This document shows positions 49,014-60,416 of a stretch of 64,000 bases of DNA, in pieces. A program made the translations under genes and the position numbers. Numbering within the stretch: position 1 is the first letter of the stretch; every line of letters starts with the position of its first letter. The stretch comes from Alphaproteobacteria bacterium (GTDB lineage: Bacteria > Pseudomonadota > Alphaproteobacteria > SP197): positions 5,408,001-5,472,000 of the forward strand of contig OZ245842.1 in NCBI GenBank assembly GCA_965228895.1, written 5' to 3'. Below the pieces are notes generated by a model. That model was not told where the DNA came from. It saw nothing but the letters and a program-made list of their open reading frames with translations, and did not search any database.

Positions 49014-50693
49014 TCAGGCCGCACGATAGGGCCGGTAGACGGGTTTCCAGATCTTACCGTTGATCTTGGCCTCAAGCTCATCGGCACTCGATTCGGGCGC
49101 ATGGCCCTGTTCCTGAGCTTCGCGCGCCACGGCGACCGCGATGTCGCGGCTGACCTTTTGGATGTCTTCCAGGTGCGCCAGCAGCGAGCCGTTGGGATCG
49201 GACATGATCGGCGCGTCGGCGGCCAGCGCTTCGGCGGCGGCCATCATCATCTCGTTGCTGATCCGTTTGGCGCCACTGGCCAAAACGCCGAGGCCAAGAC
49301 CCGGGAAGACATAGACGTTGTTCGACTGGGCGATTTCGTAGGTCTTGCCCTTGTGATCGACCGGATCGAACGGGCTGCCGGTCGCCACCAATGCTTTGCC
49401 GTCGGTCCACTTGATGATGTCTTCGGGCGCTGCCTCGGTGCGCGACGTCGGGTTGGACATAGGGAAGACAATAGGCCGTTCGGTGTACTTCGCCATCTTT
49501 CGGATGATCGATTCCGTGAACGTATTGGGCTGGCCGCTGACACCGATCAGCACGGTCGGTTTGGCATTGTCGATGACATCTTCCAGCGAGATCGTCTCGC
49601 CCTCAGATGCCCAGCCGGCGACCTTGTCTTTCGGTTGTACCAGCGGCTTCTGAATATCCAACAGGCCGGTCATGCCGTCATGCAGGAGGCCCTGGCGGTC
49701 GACCATGAAAAAGCGCTCGGCTGCTTCCTTCTCCGACAGACCGTTGCGCACCATGCCGCGATGGATCTGCTGGGCGATGCCGCAGCCGGCGGAACCGGCG
49801 CCCAGAAAGGCGACACGCATGTCCGTGACCTTTGACCCGGCCGCCTGAACAGCCGCAAGCAAGGTGCCATAGGCGACCGCCGCGGTGCCTTGAATATCGT
49901 CGTTAAAGGTCAGCAGGCGGTCGCGGTAACGCTCCAGGATCGGCGCGGCATGCTGCTGCGCGAAATCCTCCCATTGCAGCAGGACCTTGGGATAGCGCGC
50001 CTCGATGCTCTGCACGAACAGGTCGACGAAGTCGTCATAGTCCTGGCCGCTGATGCGTTCGTTGCGCCAACCGATGTAAAGCGGGTCGTTCAGGCGCTCC
50101 TCGTTGTTGGTGCCGACGTCGAGCACGATCGGCAACGTGGTTGCCGGGTCGATGCCGCCGCAGGCCGTATAGAGCGACAGCTTGCCGATCGGGATGCCCA
50201 AACCGCCGGCGCCCTGGTCGCCCAAGCCCAGAATACGCTCACCATCGGTGACGACGATCGCCTCGACGTTGTCGAGTGGGGCGTTCTCCATGATCTTGTG
50301 CATGACGTTGCGCCGCGGATAGGGCACGAACAAGCCGCGCGGGCGCCGGTAGATCTCGCTGAAGCGCTGACACGCCTGACCGACCGTCGGCGTATAGACC
50401 AGGGGCAGCATTTCGGTGATGTAGCGGCCGATCAGCGCATAGAACAGCGTCTCGTTGGTGTCTTGAAGTTGGCGCAGGTAGATGTGCTTGCCCATCGGCG
50501 TGTTCTTGGTGCCGACGGCTTGGTAGGCGCGCTGGATCTGACTTTCGAGATCTTCGATGTGTGGCGGCAGCAGGCCGAACAGACCGAGCTCGTCACGCTC
50601 TTCATAGGTAAACGCGGTCGCCTTGTTCAGCAGCGGGTTATGAAGCAGTGCGCTTCCGCGCCGCTTTACATCAATCGCACCGGACCCCGACAT
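49014..50693 (-). CDS. maeA: NAD-dependent malic enzyme
   Basis: [41 protein letters not shown]. Confidence 0.93.
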   Translation of the reverse strand: MSGSGAIDVKRRGSALLHNPLLNKATAFTYEERDELGLFGLLPPHIEDLESQIQRAYQAVGTKNTPMGKHIYLRQLQDTNETLFYALIGRYITEMLPLVYTPTVGQACQRFSEIYRRPRGLFVPYPRRNVMHKIMENAPLDNVEAIVVTDGERILGLGDQGAGGLGIPIGKLSLYTACGGIDPATTLPIVLDVGTNNEERLNDPLYIGWRNERISGQDYDDFVDLFVQSIEARYPKVLLQWEDFAQQHAAPILERYRDRLLTFNDDIQGTAAVAYGTLLAAVQAAGSKVTDMRVAFLGAGSAGCGIAQQIHRGMVRNGLSEKEAAERFFMVDRQGLLHDGMTGLLDIQKPLVQPKDKVAGWASEGETISLEDVIDNAKPTVLIGVSGQPNTFTESIIRKMAKYTERPIVFPMSNPTSRTEAAPEDIIKWTDGKALVATGSPFDPVDHKGKTYEIAQSNNVYVFPGLGLGVLASGAKRISNEMMMAAAEALAADAPIMSDPNGSLLAHLEDIQKVSRDIAVAVAREAQEQGHAPESSADELEAKINGKIWKPVYRPYRAA

Positions 50694-50796
50694 ACTCTAC
50701 CTCCCGACGGTTCGCATCAGTTTGACCCGAAATGACATTCACAGCCACCTTTGCCCATGACATAGTTCGATAACAGTCGTTTTGACGGAGGCTGTC

Positions 50797-51645
50797 ATGG
50801 ACGTCACGACGCTGACAGGTGCGCTGGGAGCGCGGGTCGACGGTGTCGATCTGGCCAAACCCATGGACGACCGTTTGTTCAAAGCCGTGCAGCAGGCCTT
50901 CGGCGACCATCTGGTTCTGTTGTTCCCCAATCAATCTCTGTCGCCCGCCGAACAGGTTGCCTTTACCTCACGGTTTGGGGCCGTCGAGCCTCATCCGCTG
51001 CGGTCGCGCCGCGGGGCCGAAGGATTCCCAGAGGTCCTGGTGATCGAGAACCAGCCGGGCAAACCCGGCGCGCGCAACGATGAATGGCACAGCGATATCA
51101 CGTGTTCGGAGAAACCGCCGGCGCTCTCGGTCCTGCAGGCGCTGACGGTGACCGAAGGGCGCGGCGCCACCATGTTCTGCAACATGTACCGGGCCTACGA
51201 AACGTTGTCGGACGGCATGCGCGCCATGCTTGACCGGCTCAACGCGCTTCACAGCGCTGAATCCCTGGTCGCGCGCAACAACGAGCCGGGCACCGACGCG
51301 CTGCCGATCCTTAAGACGCCGCCACCGGCCAGCCATCCCGTGGTGCGCCGCCATCCGGTAACGGGACGTCGCGCCCTGTTCGTCAACCCCAGCTTCACCA
51401 TAGCGTTCGAGGGCATGAGCCGGGAGGAAAGCGCGCCGCTTCTGGCCTTCCTCTACGACCATGCGACCCGGCCGGAGAACGTGTTCCGTCATGCCTGGAG
51501 CCAGGGCGACGTTTTGATGTGGGATAACCGCTGTGCCATGCATTATGGGGTTCACGACTACGACGAGACCATGCCGCGGCTGATGCACCGCACGACCGCG
51601 GCGGGTGATCGTCCGGTCTTCGCTGAGGCTCAGGCCGTCGCCTGA
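50797..51645 (+). CDS. TauD/TfdA family dioxygenase (TauD-like)
   Basis: WHSD, HPVVRRHPVTG, WDNR..MH. Confidence 0.9.
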   Translation: MDVTTLTGALGARVDGVDLAKPMDDRLFKAVQQAFGDHLVLLFPNQSLSPAEQVAFTSRFGAVEPHPLRSRRGAEGFPEVLVIENQPGKPGARNDEWHSDITCSEKPPALSVLQALTVTEGRGATMFCNMYRAYETLSDGMRAMLDRLNALHSAESLVARNNEPGTDALPILKTPPPASHPVVRRHPVTGRRALFVNPSFTIAFEGMSREESAPLLAFLYDHATRPENVFRHAWSQGDVLMWDNRCAMHYGVHDYDETMPRLMHRTTAAGDRPVFAEAQAVA

Positions 51646-52442
51646 GCCACGACCGCGCCGTCGCGCAATGCCAGCACCGTACCTTCGTCGACCGGCACCC
51701 AATTCTCGCCGGTCAAGGGCACGCTCGCCAACAGCGTGACCGACTGATCGTTATCGTCGGTGCTTACGCTGATGCCGCCGCCGGACACTTCAATACCTTC
51801 GCCGCCGCAGGTACGCGTCAACCTATGCAAGCCGATGCCGGTCGATCCGTCGTCTTGATGGCGGATATGGCTGTGGGCGAACAGGACGTCGCCGTCGGCG
51901 TACAGGAAATTCGCGCGGCCGACGCTGCGCAGTTCGCCGGCAAAGTTGGCGACTTCGTCCAGTCGGGCCTCCAGGGCCGGCACGCCATCAGCGTCGCGCC
52001 ACAGCTTGCGCATGCGTGCCAGAAGCGAGCAAAAAACATACTCAGAGTCGGTGCTGCCGACCGGATGGTAGCTATCAAGCGGAAAGCGGGAATCGCCCAT
52101 CGCGCCGTCAACAACACCGTTATGGGCAAAGACATGCATGCGCCCGCCCAGCTCGCGGCTGAACGGATGGGTGTTGTAAAGCGCGACGTGGCCGGTGGTC
52201 GCGTAGCGGATATGGCTGATCACGGTCGCACTGACCAGGCCCTGCTCTTCGACGAAACGGACCCAGACGCTGCTGCTTGCTTGGTGCGTGTCCTTGATCA
52301 GCCGGATGTCGCCTTCCTCGTAATAGGCAATGCCCCAGCCATCGCGGTGGGGTCCGGTTTGCCCGCCATGTTCGGCGAAGGTATCCAGCGACAGGTTGAC
52401 GTTGGCCGGTTGACGGCTCGATTTGGCGAACAGCTCACACAT
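51630..52442 (-). CDS. Class II glutamine amidotransferase (YafJ/EgtC-like)
   Basis: N-terminal MCEL, HRDGWG, HIRYAT, NTHPF, AHNG, TDSE. Confidence 0.9.
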   Translation of the reverse strand: MCELFAKSSRQPANVNLSLDTFAEHGGQTGPHRDGWGIAYYEEGDIRLIKDTHQASSSVWVRFVEEQGLVSATVISHIRYATTGHVALYNTHPFSRELGGRMHVFAHNGVVDGAMGDSRFPLDSYHPVGSTDSEYVFCSLLARMRKLWRDADGVPALEARLDEVANFAGELRSVGRANFLYADGDVLFAHSHIRHQDDGSTGIGLHRLTRTCGGEGIEVSGGGISVSTDDNDQSVTLLASVPLTGENWVPVDEGTVLALRDGAVVAQATA

Positions 52443-52470
52443 GGGTCATGAGGTCCCTCGGGTCGTGTCG

Positions 52471-54048
52471 CTAGAAACGCTCGGCGCTCGCATTCGACCA
52501 GTAGCGGTCGAATGGCTGCGGAAGGGCGCCGCCCAGCATCGCCTCCGGCTCCAGCCAAGGATAGATCTCGGCATAGGACCGGGCCGTGCTGTCGTTGCCA
52601 CGCAGGAAGATATGTCCCGGCGTCAGATCTCCAGGCTGCTCTATGCCCATGGCGCCAAGCAGGGCCAGAAAACTCTCGATGGTTTTTTCGTGATACCGCG
52701 CGACCGTGTAACGCTTTTTATCGATGTCGATGGCCTTGTAACGCTCGGGGTCTTGCGTCGCGACGCCCGTCGGACATCTGTTGGTGTGGCAGCGGAGCGC
52801 CTGAATACAGCCGACCGTGAACATGAACGGCCGTGCGACATTGCAGGTGTCGGCACCCAACGCCATTTTGACAACCATATCGAAACCGGTGGCGACCTTG
52901 CCGCTGGCGCCGATCCGGATCTTGTCGCGCAGACCGGCGCCGACCAGGCTGGTATGGACAAAGGAAAGCCCTTCGTTGATCGGCAGGCCGAGCGAGTTCG
53001 AGAACTCCAGGGGGGCTGCGCCGGTGCCGCCCTCTGATCCGTCGACAACGATGAAATCGGGTGTGATGCCGGTCTTCAACATGCCTTTGACGATACTCAG
53101 GAACTCGCTGCGCCGACCGATGCACAGTTTGAACCCCGCGGGTTTGCCGCCGGAGAGTTCGCGCAATTGCGCGACGAATTCCATCATTTCGCAAGGGTTT
53201 GAATAGGCCGTGTGGGCCGGCGGCGAGATGCAGTCCTGGCCCATCGGCACGCCACGTATTCTCGATATCTCCTCGCTGATCTTGGGTGCTGGCAACACGC
53301 CGCCGTGAGACGGCTTGGCGCCCTGGCTGACCTTGATCTCGACCATCTTGACGTGGTCGTGGCTGGCCTTGTCGCCGAACTGTTCGGGATCGAAGTTGCC
53401 GTCGGCCGTGCGACAGCCGAAGTAGCCCGTGCCAATCTCCCACACGATGTCGCCGCCGCCTTCCAGATGATGCGGTGTCAGGCCGCCTTCGCCGGTGTCT
53501 TGATAAAAGCCGCCGAGGGCGGCGCCGCGGTTCATGGCGATGACCGCGTTGCGCGAAAGCGCGCCATAGCTCATCGCCGACACGTTCAGCCGCGACGCGT
53601 TATAGGGCTGGCTGCAGTCGGGACCCACAACGACACGCGCCACATCCTGTGCCGGCTCTTTCGGCGACAACGAGTGCATGGCGAACTCGATGCCTGACGA
53701 CAGCAGGTCGTGTTGGGTGCCGAACGGCTGGATACCGTCGCCGCCGTGGGCACGCGCGTGAATGACTTCGCGGGTCTCGCGCGGATATGGCCGGCCGGAC
53801 AGGTTGCTGGCGACGAAGTACTGCTGAATTTCCGGGCGGATGAATTCGGCGAGATAACGGATGTGGCCGATCACCGGATAGTTGCGCAGGACATTGTGGA
53901 CGCCGTGAGTCGCGTCATAGACACCGAGCAGAAAGAGCGGCACCAAAATGAGCAGTGACCAAAGAACCGGCGGCCACACGATCGCCCACAGCGCGACCGC
54001 AACGAACAACACGATGGAGACGATGTAAAAACCCTGTCTGACGGTCAC
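52471..54048 (-). CDS. Stand-alone FMN-binding glutamate synthase family protein with N-terminal TM
   Basis: RNYPVIGH, SAMSYGALS, TGEGG, EIKVSQGAKP, DGSEGGTGAAP, CIQALRCHTNRCPTG. Confidence 0.9.
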   Translation of the reverse strand: MTVRQGFYIVSIVLFVAVALWAIVWPPVLWSLLILVPLFLLGVYDATHGVHNVLRNYPVIGHIRYLAEFIRPEIQQYFVASNLSGRPYPRETREVIHARAHGGDGIQPFGTQHDLLSSGIEFAMHSLSPKEPAQDVARVVVGPDCSQPYNASRLNVSAMSYGALSRNAVIAMNRGAALGGFYQDTGEGGLTPHHLEGGGDIVWEIGTGYFGCRTADGNFDPEQFGDKASHDHVKMVEIKVSQGAKPSHGGVLPAPKISEEISRIRGVPMGQDCISPPAHTAYSNPCEMMEFVAQLRELSGGKPAGFKLCIGRRSEFLSIVKGMLKTGITPDFIVVDGSEGGTGAAPLEFSNSLGLPINEGLSFVHTSLVGAGLRDKIRIGASGKVATGFDMVVKMALGADTCNVARPFMFTVGCIQALRCHTNRCPTGVATQDPERYKAIDIDKKRYTVARYHEKTIESFLALLGAMGIEQPGDLTPGHIFLRGNDSTARSYAEIYPWLEPEAMLGGALPQPFDRYWSNASAERF

Positions 54049-54142
54049 GTTCCGGTCAACTCCCCCATGTTGTCTTCATCGCATCGAAACGGCCGCGTCA
54101 TGCGGCGGCGTCTGATGCAACGACGATCACGAAAACCGCCGC

Positions 54143-55246
54143 TCAGTAGCGCAGCACACCCTGTTCTAGGACGTCGGTCGCGTCGCCGGCGTAACGGGTA
54201 TTCTCGCGGTTCTCTTGTTTCTTAATGCCCTGGCTTCGATAGATCTCGATCCTCGGGTCGATCGGACGACTGTCGTGGGCGGTCAGCCAAAGACGCAACA
54301 ACATGCGGCCGGTTTCGGGGCCTGGGCGATCCTCGAAGCCGGTGCGCGCGTGCAGCACCGTATAGTTGTTGGCGAAACAAAGCTGGCCCGGCGGCATCAT
54401 GAACTCGACCTTCATGTCGTCACGCTGCGCGGTGTCGTCGAAAAATTCCAACGCCTCACGCTCGAAGTCGCCGATCTCTTCACCAAGTTCCTCATAGGCC
54501 ATGTAGATATAGCCGGCGATGTAGCGCGTGCTAACCACACCGTCGCGATGGCACAGCACCGGCACCTCGTGTGGTGTCACCGGTTCTTCGCCGGGTGCTT
54601 GTTCGCCGAAACGATGATAACGGAAACCGCGATAGAGCGGTTCCAGCAGGTCGGGCCGGGCCTTCAGGATCTCGTTATGGACGGCGAGCGCGCTGGCGTA
54701 TTGCGACAGCCCGCCTTCATCGGCCGGCCGGATCGACAACATGCCCAGGATGCCGCAGCCGTCGGTGTGCAGGGTGAGCGGCATGCTGTTGCGGTAGGCG
54801 CGCTCCTTCGGGTCCTTGCCGCCGACATTGATGACATGCCCCAGCCTGTCGCCCATGACCGACTGCGATACGCCGGTGCCGAAATGGGTGCCGATGCCCC
54901 AATAGACGATCTCGGTTTTAGACAACGGCCAGTCCTCGACCGGCAACCGGTCGATCAGCACCAGGCCGCGGCCATCGATGATCTCGCGGTAGATATCGGC
55001 GAGGTCGTCGGCAATGGCCGGCACCTCGAAGTGCTCCCGCTCGACTTGATCGAGACTAAGGCCGGCGCGATCGATCGCCCGCCATGCTTCCTCAAAGGCG
55101 TCGATGTGCCGTTGGTCGAACCGGAGCGTGATGTCGTCCAGGCTCGAAAAATCACTGGCCTTCCAGGCCGCCGGATGGTCGACCGGTTCGAGATAGGCGT
55201 GTCCCACGCGATCGCCTCCCTCAGGCGTTGTTGGCGCTTCGTTCAA
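54143..55246 (-). CDS. TauD/TfdA family dioxygenase (CAS-like subgroup)
   Basis: GRGLVL, LHTD, NNYTVLHARTGF, RLWL. Confidence 0.85.
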   Translation of the reverse strand: MNEAPTTPEGGDRVGHAYLEPVDHPAAWKASDFSSLDDITLRFDQRHIDAFEEAWRAIDRAGLSLDQVEREHFEVPAIADDLADIYREIIDGRGLVLIDRLPVEDWPLSKTEIVYWGIGTHFGTGVSQSVMGDRLGHVINVGGKDPKERAYRNSMPLTLHTDGCGILGMLSIRPADEGGLSQYASALAVHNEILKARPDLLEPLYRGFRYHRFGEQAPGEEPVTPHEVPVLCHRDGVVSTRYIAGYIYMAYEELGEEIGDFEREALEFFDDTAQRDDMKVEFMMPPGQLCFANNYTVLHARTGFEDRPGPETGRMLLRLWLTAHDSRPIDPRIEIYRSQGIKKQENRENTRYAGDATDVLEQGVLRY

Positions 55247-55342
55247 TCAAGTCTAGCCGCAACAGGCGCGGTCGCGCCATGGGTGCTTTGTCAGGCGCCC
55301 GCTCCGCGCTAGGTTCACCATCTGGGAACCGGGGAGGGCGCG

Positions 55343-55693
55343 TTGATCACCGTCTATGGCTTGAAGAACTGCGATACCTGCAAAAAAGCGCTGGCGTGGC
55401 TCAAGACCGAGGGCATTGATCATCAATTCCGCGATGTCCGCGCGGACGGCCTGGACGCCGGTGACGTCAAAGCCTGGGTCAGCGAGCTGGGCAGCGATGT
55501 TCTGGTCAACACGCGCGGCACAACCTGGCGCGGTCTTGATGCGGCCGACAAGGCGGATATGGACGATGCCAAGGCGGCGGCGCTTATCCTCGCCCATCCG
55601 GCGTTGATGAAGCGTCCCGTTTTTGATCTGGGGGATCGCCGTCTGGTCGGCTTCAAGGACGCCCAGAAAGAGGCGCTTCAGGCGCTGGCATAG
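55343..55693 (+). CDS. ArsC/Spx family protein (YffB-like)
   Basis: YGLKNCDTCKKA, NTRGTTWR, LMKRPV. Confidence 0.9.
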   Translation: MITVYGLKNCDTCKKALAWLKTEGIDHQFRDVRADGLDAGDVKAWVSELGSDVLVNTRGTTWRGLDAADKADMDDAKAAALILAHPALMKRPVFDLGDRRLVGFKDAQKEALQALA

Positions 55694-56166
55694 GCCAGCG
55701 GCAGGGCGGTCGTGTACTTGATGCGCTCCATGGCGAACATGGAGCTGACATCGAAGAACCGCACCTTGGCGATCAACGACTTGTAGACCCGGTCGTAACC
55801 CTGGATGTCGGGGACAACCACCTTCAGCAGGTAATCGATATCGCCCGCCATGCGATAGATCTCGACGACCTCCGGCACATCCGCGACCTCGCGGGCAAAG
55901 TCCGTCAGCCATTCCGCGTTATGCTGGTCCGTCTTGATGGCGACGAACACCGTGATGCCGACATTGACCTTGTTGGGGTCCAGAAGCGCCACGCGCCCGG
56001 TGATAAAGCCGTCCCGCTCGAGCCGCTGAATGCGGCGCCAGCACGGTGTGGTCGATAGATTGACGGCTTCGGCAATCTGCGCGAGCGACAGACTGGCATC
56101 CGCCTGCAACAGCTCAAGTATCTCAATATCCTTGGTGTTAAGGGAAGTTTTTTCCTGCATGGCCAA
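55678..56166 (-). CDS. Lrp/AsnC family regulator (DecR-like)
   Basis: LSTTPCWRRIQRLE, YRMAGDIDYLL, SSMFAME.IK.TTALP. Confidence 0.9.
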   Translation of the reverse strand: MAMQEKTSLNTKDIEILELLQADASLSLAQIAEAVNLSTTPCWRRIQRLERDGFITGRVALLDPNKVNVGITVFVAIKTDQHNAEWLTDFAREVADVPEVVEIYRMAGDIDYLLKVVVPDIQGYDRVYKSLIAKVRFFDVSSMFAMERIKYTTALPLAYASA

Positions 56167-56321
56167 ATCTCATAGAATGAATTGCTCAAACCTCTACCAA
56201 TGACCTTATGATTGGCAAGCTTTTTTCTCGCGCGGACGGTTACGATTCCGCCCGTCCTGAAGACCCTGAATCGGGTCGGGGACATAGGTGAGGCGGCGTC
56301 AACAACGGTGAGCATGGTTCG

Positions 56322-56579
56322 ATGATTTCTCTTTTCACTCGGCATCCCGAATCGGTCGGCGAGACCTATTTCGAGCACATGGGCATGGCCTCCAGCTTCG
56401 GCCTGAAGATGCTGGCGGCAGGATGCTGCTGTCTGCTTCACGGCCTGTTTCCTTTTCTGTTCGTCAAGACCGGCAGCACGGCTATTGCCGACCTCCATCA
56501 CCGCATGGTGACGCACCGCAGGCGCGATGATGCGCCGTCGGCGGAACAGACTGTTCGGATCAGCCGCCCGGCTTGGTGA
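56322..56579 (+). CDS. Small conserved protein (DUF6356-like)
   Basis: FTRHPESVGETYFEH...HGLFPFLF.KTGS. Confidence 0.75.
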   Translation: MISLFTRHPESVGETYFEHMGMASSFGLKMLAAGCCCLLHGLFPFLFVKTGSTAIADLHHRMVTHRRRDDAPSAEQTVRISRPAW

Positions 56580-56683
56580 ACGCCGGCCCCGCTAAGGGGC
56601 GGGGTTATCCAAGAGTCGGAATTTGATTGGCAGTGCGTGCGCGCGCTGGCAACGTCTCGCCGGTTTCTTCTGGCGAGGTTCTG

Positions 56684-58765
56684 ATGGCGCGCATGGCGGT
56701 CGATATCGGCGGCACGTTTACCGATGTCGCGATTGAGAAGGACGACGGCGGTCTGATCACCGCCAAGGTTCCGACGACACCGGCAGCGCCGGAAACCGGT
56801 GTGATGGACGGCGTCCTGTTGGCGCTGTCCGACGCCGGCCTCAAGCCAGGCGCTATCGACCACGTCATTCACGGCACGACCCTGGCCACCAACGCGCTGA
56901 TCGAACGCAAAGGCGCGGTGACCGCGCTTGTCGTGACGGAAGGTTTCCGCGACACCCTGGCGATCGCCTATGAGAGCCGGTACGACCAGTACGACGTCTT
57001 TCTTGAAAAGCCGGCGCCGGTCGTGCCGCGTTACCTGACTTTGCCGGTCGGCGAACGCCTCAACATTCACGGCGAGGTGCTCGATCCACTCGACGAGACG
57101 GCGCTTGCCGGTGTTCTCGAAACCATCGACGAACATCAGGTCGAGGCGGTGGCGATCGGCTTTCTACATGCTTACGCCAACCCAGCGCACGAGCGCCGCT
57201 TTGCCGATCTTCTACGTGACGCCAGACCGGATCTCTATCTGACGCTATCGTCGGAAGTCTGTCCGGAGATGCGCGAATACGAACGCCTCTCGACGGCGGC
57301 CTGCAACGCCTATGTCCAGCCGCTGATGGCCCGCTACCTCGGCGCGTTGAACGACGCCTTGGCCAAGGCCGGGTTTGACGCGCCACTCTTGATGATGACA
57401 TCGGGCGGTGGCCTGTGCGCGTTGCAGACGGCCACGCGATTTCCCATACGCCTGGTCGAGTCGGGCCCCAGCGGCGGCGCGATCCTGTCGGCGACCGTTG
57501 CGGCGCAGCGCGGTGACCGGGAAGTCCTTTCCTATGACATGGGCGGCACGACGGCGAAGATCTGTCTGATCGACGACTACACGCCACAGACCGCGCGCCG
57601 CTTCGAGATCGCACGCGCCGCGCGATTCATGAAGGGCAGCGGCACGCCGGTGCGCATTCCCGTCATCGAGATGATCGAGATCGGCGCCGGCGGCGGTTCG
57701 ATCGCCCATGTCGACGAACTCCAGCGTATTGCCGTCGGACCGGAGAGCGCGGGTTCGGAGCCGGGACCGGCCTGCTACACCCGGGGTGGCTTGCGCCCGA
57801 CTGTCACCGATGGTGATCTGCTGTTGGGGCGCCTTGACGCCGACCGCTTTGCCGATGGACGCATGAAGCTCGACACCGGCCTGGCGCAGGACGCCGTCGG
57901 CCGCGATGTCGGCGCCCCCTTGGGCCTCGATGCGCCGCTTGCCGCGCACGGTCTTTCCGAGGTCGTTGATGAAAGCATGGCGAACGCCGCACGGGTGCAC
58001 GCGGTCGAGCGCGGCAAGGAACTGCGGCAGCGCACCTTGATCGCGTTCGGTGGTGCCGGTCCGCTGCATGCCGCCCGGCTCGCCGAAAAACTCGACCTCG
58101 CCCGCATCGTCGTGCCGGAGAGTCCCGGCGTCGGCTCGGCGGTCGGTTTTCTGATGGCGCCGGTTGCCTATGAGGTCGTCAAAAGCCACTACATGACACT
58201 TGACGGTTTTGACGCCGCCGCGGTGACGGCGTTGTTCGACGACCTTGCGGCCGAAGCCCGCGACGTTGTTGGGCAAGCGGTCAAGGACGTACCGCTTGAC
58301 GAGCGGCGCACCTGTTTCATGCGCTATCTCGGTCAGGGTCACGAGATCGAGGTCGAGGTGCCGGCGCGCCCGCTGACCGTCGACGACCGCGACGCGATCC
58401 GCGCTGCCTATGACGAAACCTACACCCGTATGTACGGGCGCACGGTGCCGGCGATGGATATCGAAGTGTTGAGCTGGACGCTGACCTTGACCGCCAAAGG
58501 CCAGGGTCTTGAAGCGTCGCTGGACGAGATCGCCGATCACGACGCCGTCGCTGCCGGATCACGCCGGTTGTTCGATGGCTATGCCGGAGACTTCGTCGAG
58601 GCGCCGGTCTTCGATCGGGCCGCACTCAAGCCAGGGGCACGGTTCCGTGGCCCGTGCGTCGTGACCGAAGGTCAGACCTCGACGGTCGTGACATCGCGCT
58701 TCACCGGACGCATCGACGGCCACCGCCATATCGTGCTGGAGCAAATCCAGGAGGCTGCGGAATGA
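56684..58765 (+). CDS. Hydantoinase/oxoprolinase subunit A
   Basis: DIGGTFTD, HGTTLATN, ESGP, DMGGTT, GAGGGS, FGGAG. Confidence 0.92.
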   Translation: MARMAVDIGGTFTDVAIEKDDGGLITAKVPTTPAAPETGVMDGVLLALSDAGLKPGAIDHVIHGTTLATNALIERKGAVTALVVTEGFRDTLAIAYESRYDQYDVFLEKPAPVVPRYLTLPVGERLNIHGEVLDPLDETALAGVLETIDEHQVEAVAIGFLHAYANPAHERRFADLLRDARPDLYLTLSSEVCPEMREYERLSTAACNAYVQPLMARYLGALNDALAKAGFDAPLLMMTSGGGLCALQTATRFPIRLVESGPSGGAILSATVAAQRGDREVLSYDMGGTTAKICLIDDYTPQTARRFEIARAARFMKGSGTPVRIPVIEMIEIGAGGGSIAHVDELQRIAVGPESAGSEPGPACYTRGGLRPTVTDGDLLLGRLDADRFADGRMKLDTGLAQDAVGRDVGAPLGLDAPLAAHGLSEVVDESMANAARVHAVERGKELRQRTLIAFGGAGPLHAARLAEKLDLARIVVPESPGVGSAVGFLMAPVAYEVVKSHYMTLDGFDAAAVTALFDDLAAEARDVVGQAVKDVPLDERRTCFMRYLGQGHEIEVEVPARPLTVDDRDAIRAAYDETYTRMYGRTVPAMDIEVLSWTLTLTAKGQGLEASLDEIADHDAVAAGSRRLFDGYAGDFVEAPVFDRAALKPGARFRGPCVVTEGQTSTVVTSRFTGRIDGHRHIVLEQIQEAAE

Positions 58766-60393
58766 GCGACGCGCTTGACCGGATCAACCGGCAGATCATG
58801 TGGGACCGCTTGCAGGCGGTCGTTGAGGAGCAGGGTCAGACCCTGACCCGCGCGGCGTTCAGCCCGATCGTCCGGGAATGCGGCGATATCTCCGCCGGCA
58901 TCTTCGATCTGGACGGCCTGATGATCGCACAGGCGGTCACCGGCACGCCCGGGCACATCAACACCATGGCCGCCTCGGTCGGCCACTTCATCAAACACTT
59001 TCGGCCGCAGACCATGCGTCCCGGCGATATCTACATGACCAACGATCCCTGGATGGGCTCGGGTCATTTGAACGACTTTGTGCTGGTGCGCCCTTGTTTC
59101 CTGGACGATCGGTTGATCGGCTACAACTCCTGCACCTCCCACCTGATCGACCTGGGCGGGCGCGGCACCGGACCGGAAGGCCGCGACGTGCATGAGGAGG
59201 GGCTCTATATTCCCATGGTCAAGCTGGTCGATCAGGGCGCGATCAACGAGACCCTGATGGATATCGTGCGCGCCAACAGCCGCATGCCGGTACAGAACGA
59301 AGGTGACGTCTATGCCCTGATCGCCTGCGCGGAAGTCGGCGAAGAGCGCCTGATCGCCATGATGCGTGAGTTCGCCATCGATGGCCTGGACGATCTGGGC
59401 CGGCACATTCTCAAGACGTCGGAAGACGCAACGCGTAGACGCATCGCCGAACTGCCGGACGGTGTCTGGGATCACGAGCTTAGACTCGATGGCTACGATT
59501 TCGAGATCGCCCTGAAGGCGCGGCTCGCCATCGAGGGCGATACGCTGACTGTCGACTTTACCGGGACATCGCCAGCCTCGCGCTTCGGCATCAATGTGCC
59601 GATTACCTATGCCCAGGCCTATACGGTGTTTGGGCTCAAATGCATCATCGCACCGGACATCCCGAACAACGCCGGTGCGCTCGCGCCCTTCATCGTGACG
59701 GCGCCGGAAGGGTCGATCCTTAATCCGCTGAAACCAGCGCCGGTCTCCCAGCGCCATGTCATCGGCCAGCTTCTGCCCGACACCGTGTTCGGCTGCCTCG
59801 ACCAGGCGATGCCGGGCCGCGTGCCGGCTGAAGGCACGGGCTGTCTGTGGAGCATGGTGATGCGCAGCACGATCGGCAGCCAGGCCGATGGCAACGCGCC
59901 GGCGTTCATGATCGAGCCGGTGCACAACGGGGGTACCGGCGGTCGTCCGTCGAGCGACGGCCTGTCGGCGACGGCTTACCCGTCGGGCGTCATGGGAAGC
60001 CAGGTCGAGCTGACCGAGAGCACGTGTCCGCTCATCATTCGGCGACGCGAGCTGCGGCCGGACTCCGCCGGCGACGGTGCGTACCGCGGCGGCTTTGGCC
60101 AGATTCTGGAAATCGAACACAGCGCCGGCGCGCCGTTCATGCTGGGCTCCGCCGTCGAGCGCGTCACCTATCCGCCGCGCGGCCGCCATGGCGGCCACGA
60201 TGGCGCCGCCGGCGAGTTGTGGCTGGCGTCCGGAGCGGCGCTGCCGGCCAAGGGCGAGAAGGAAATCCCCGCCGGCGATCGCCTGATCATCAAGACACCC
60301 GGCGGTGGCGGTTACGGCGATCCCGCCAGGCGAGACGCCGCGTTGCGTGACGCCGACCGGCGCGATGGTTTGGTGACAGCAAAACAGAACTAG
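58762..60393 (+). CDS. Hydantoinase/oxoprolinase subunit B
   Basis: [34 protein letters not shown]. Confidence 0.92.
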   Translation: MSDALDRINRQIMWDRLQAVVEEQGQTLTRAAFSPIVRECGDISAGIFDLDGLMIAQAVTGTPGHINTMAASVGHFIKHFRPQTMRPGDIYMTNDPWMGSGHLNDFVLVRPCFLDDRLIGYNSCTSHLIDLGGRGTGPEGRDVHEEGLYIPMVKLVDQGAINETLMDIVRANSRMPVQNEGDVYALIACAEVGEERLIAMMREFAIDGLDDLGRHILKTSEDATRRRIAELPDGVWDHELRLDGYDFEIALKARLAIEGDTLTVDFTGTSPASRFGINVPITYAQAYTVFGLKCIIAPDIPNNAGALAPFIVTAPEGSILNPLKPAPVSQRHVIGQLLPDTVFGCLDQAMPGRVPAEGTGCLWSMVMRSTIGSQADGNAPAFMIEPVHNGGTGGRPSSDGLSATAYPSGVMGSQVELTESTCPLIIRRRELRPDSAGDGAYRGGFGQILEIEHSAGAPFMLGSAVERVTYPPRGRHGGHDGAAGELWLASGAALPAKGEKEIPAGDRLIIKTPGGGGYGDPARRDAALRDADRRDGLVTAKQN

Positions 60394-60416
60394 ACCTTAC
60401 GCCAGTCGGTTGTCAC

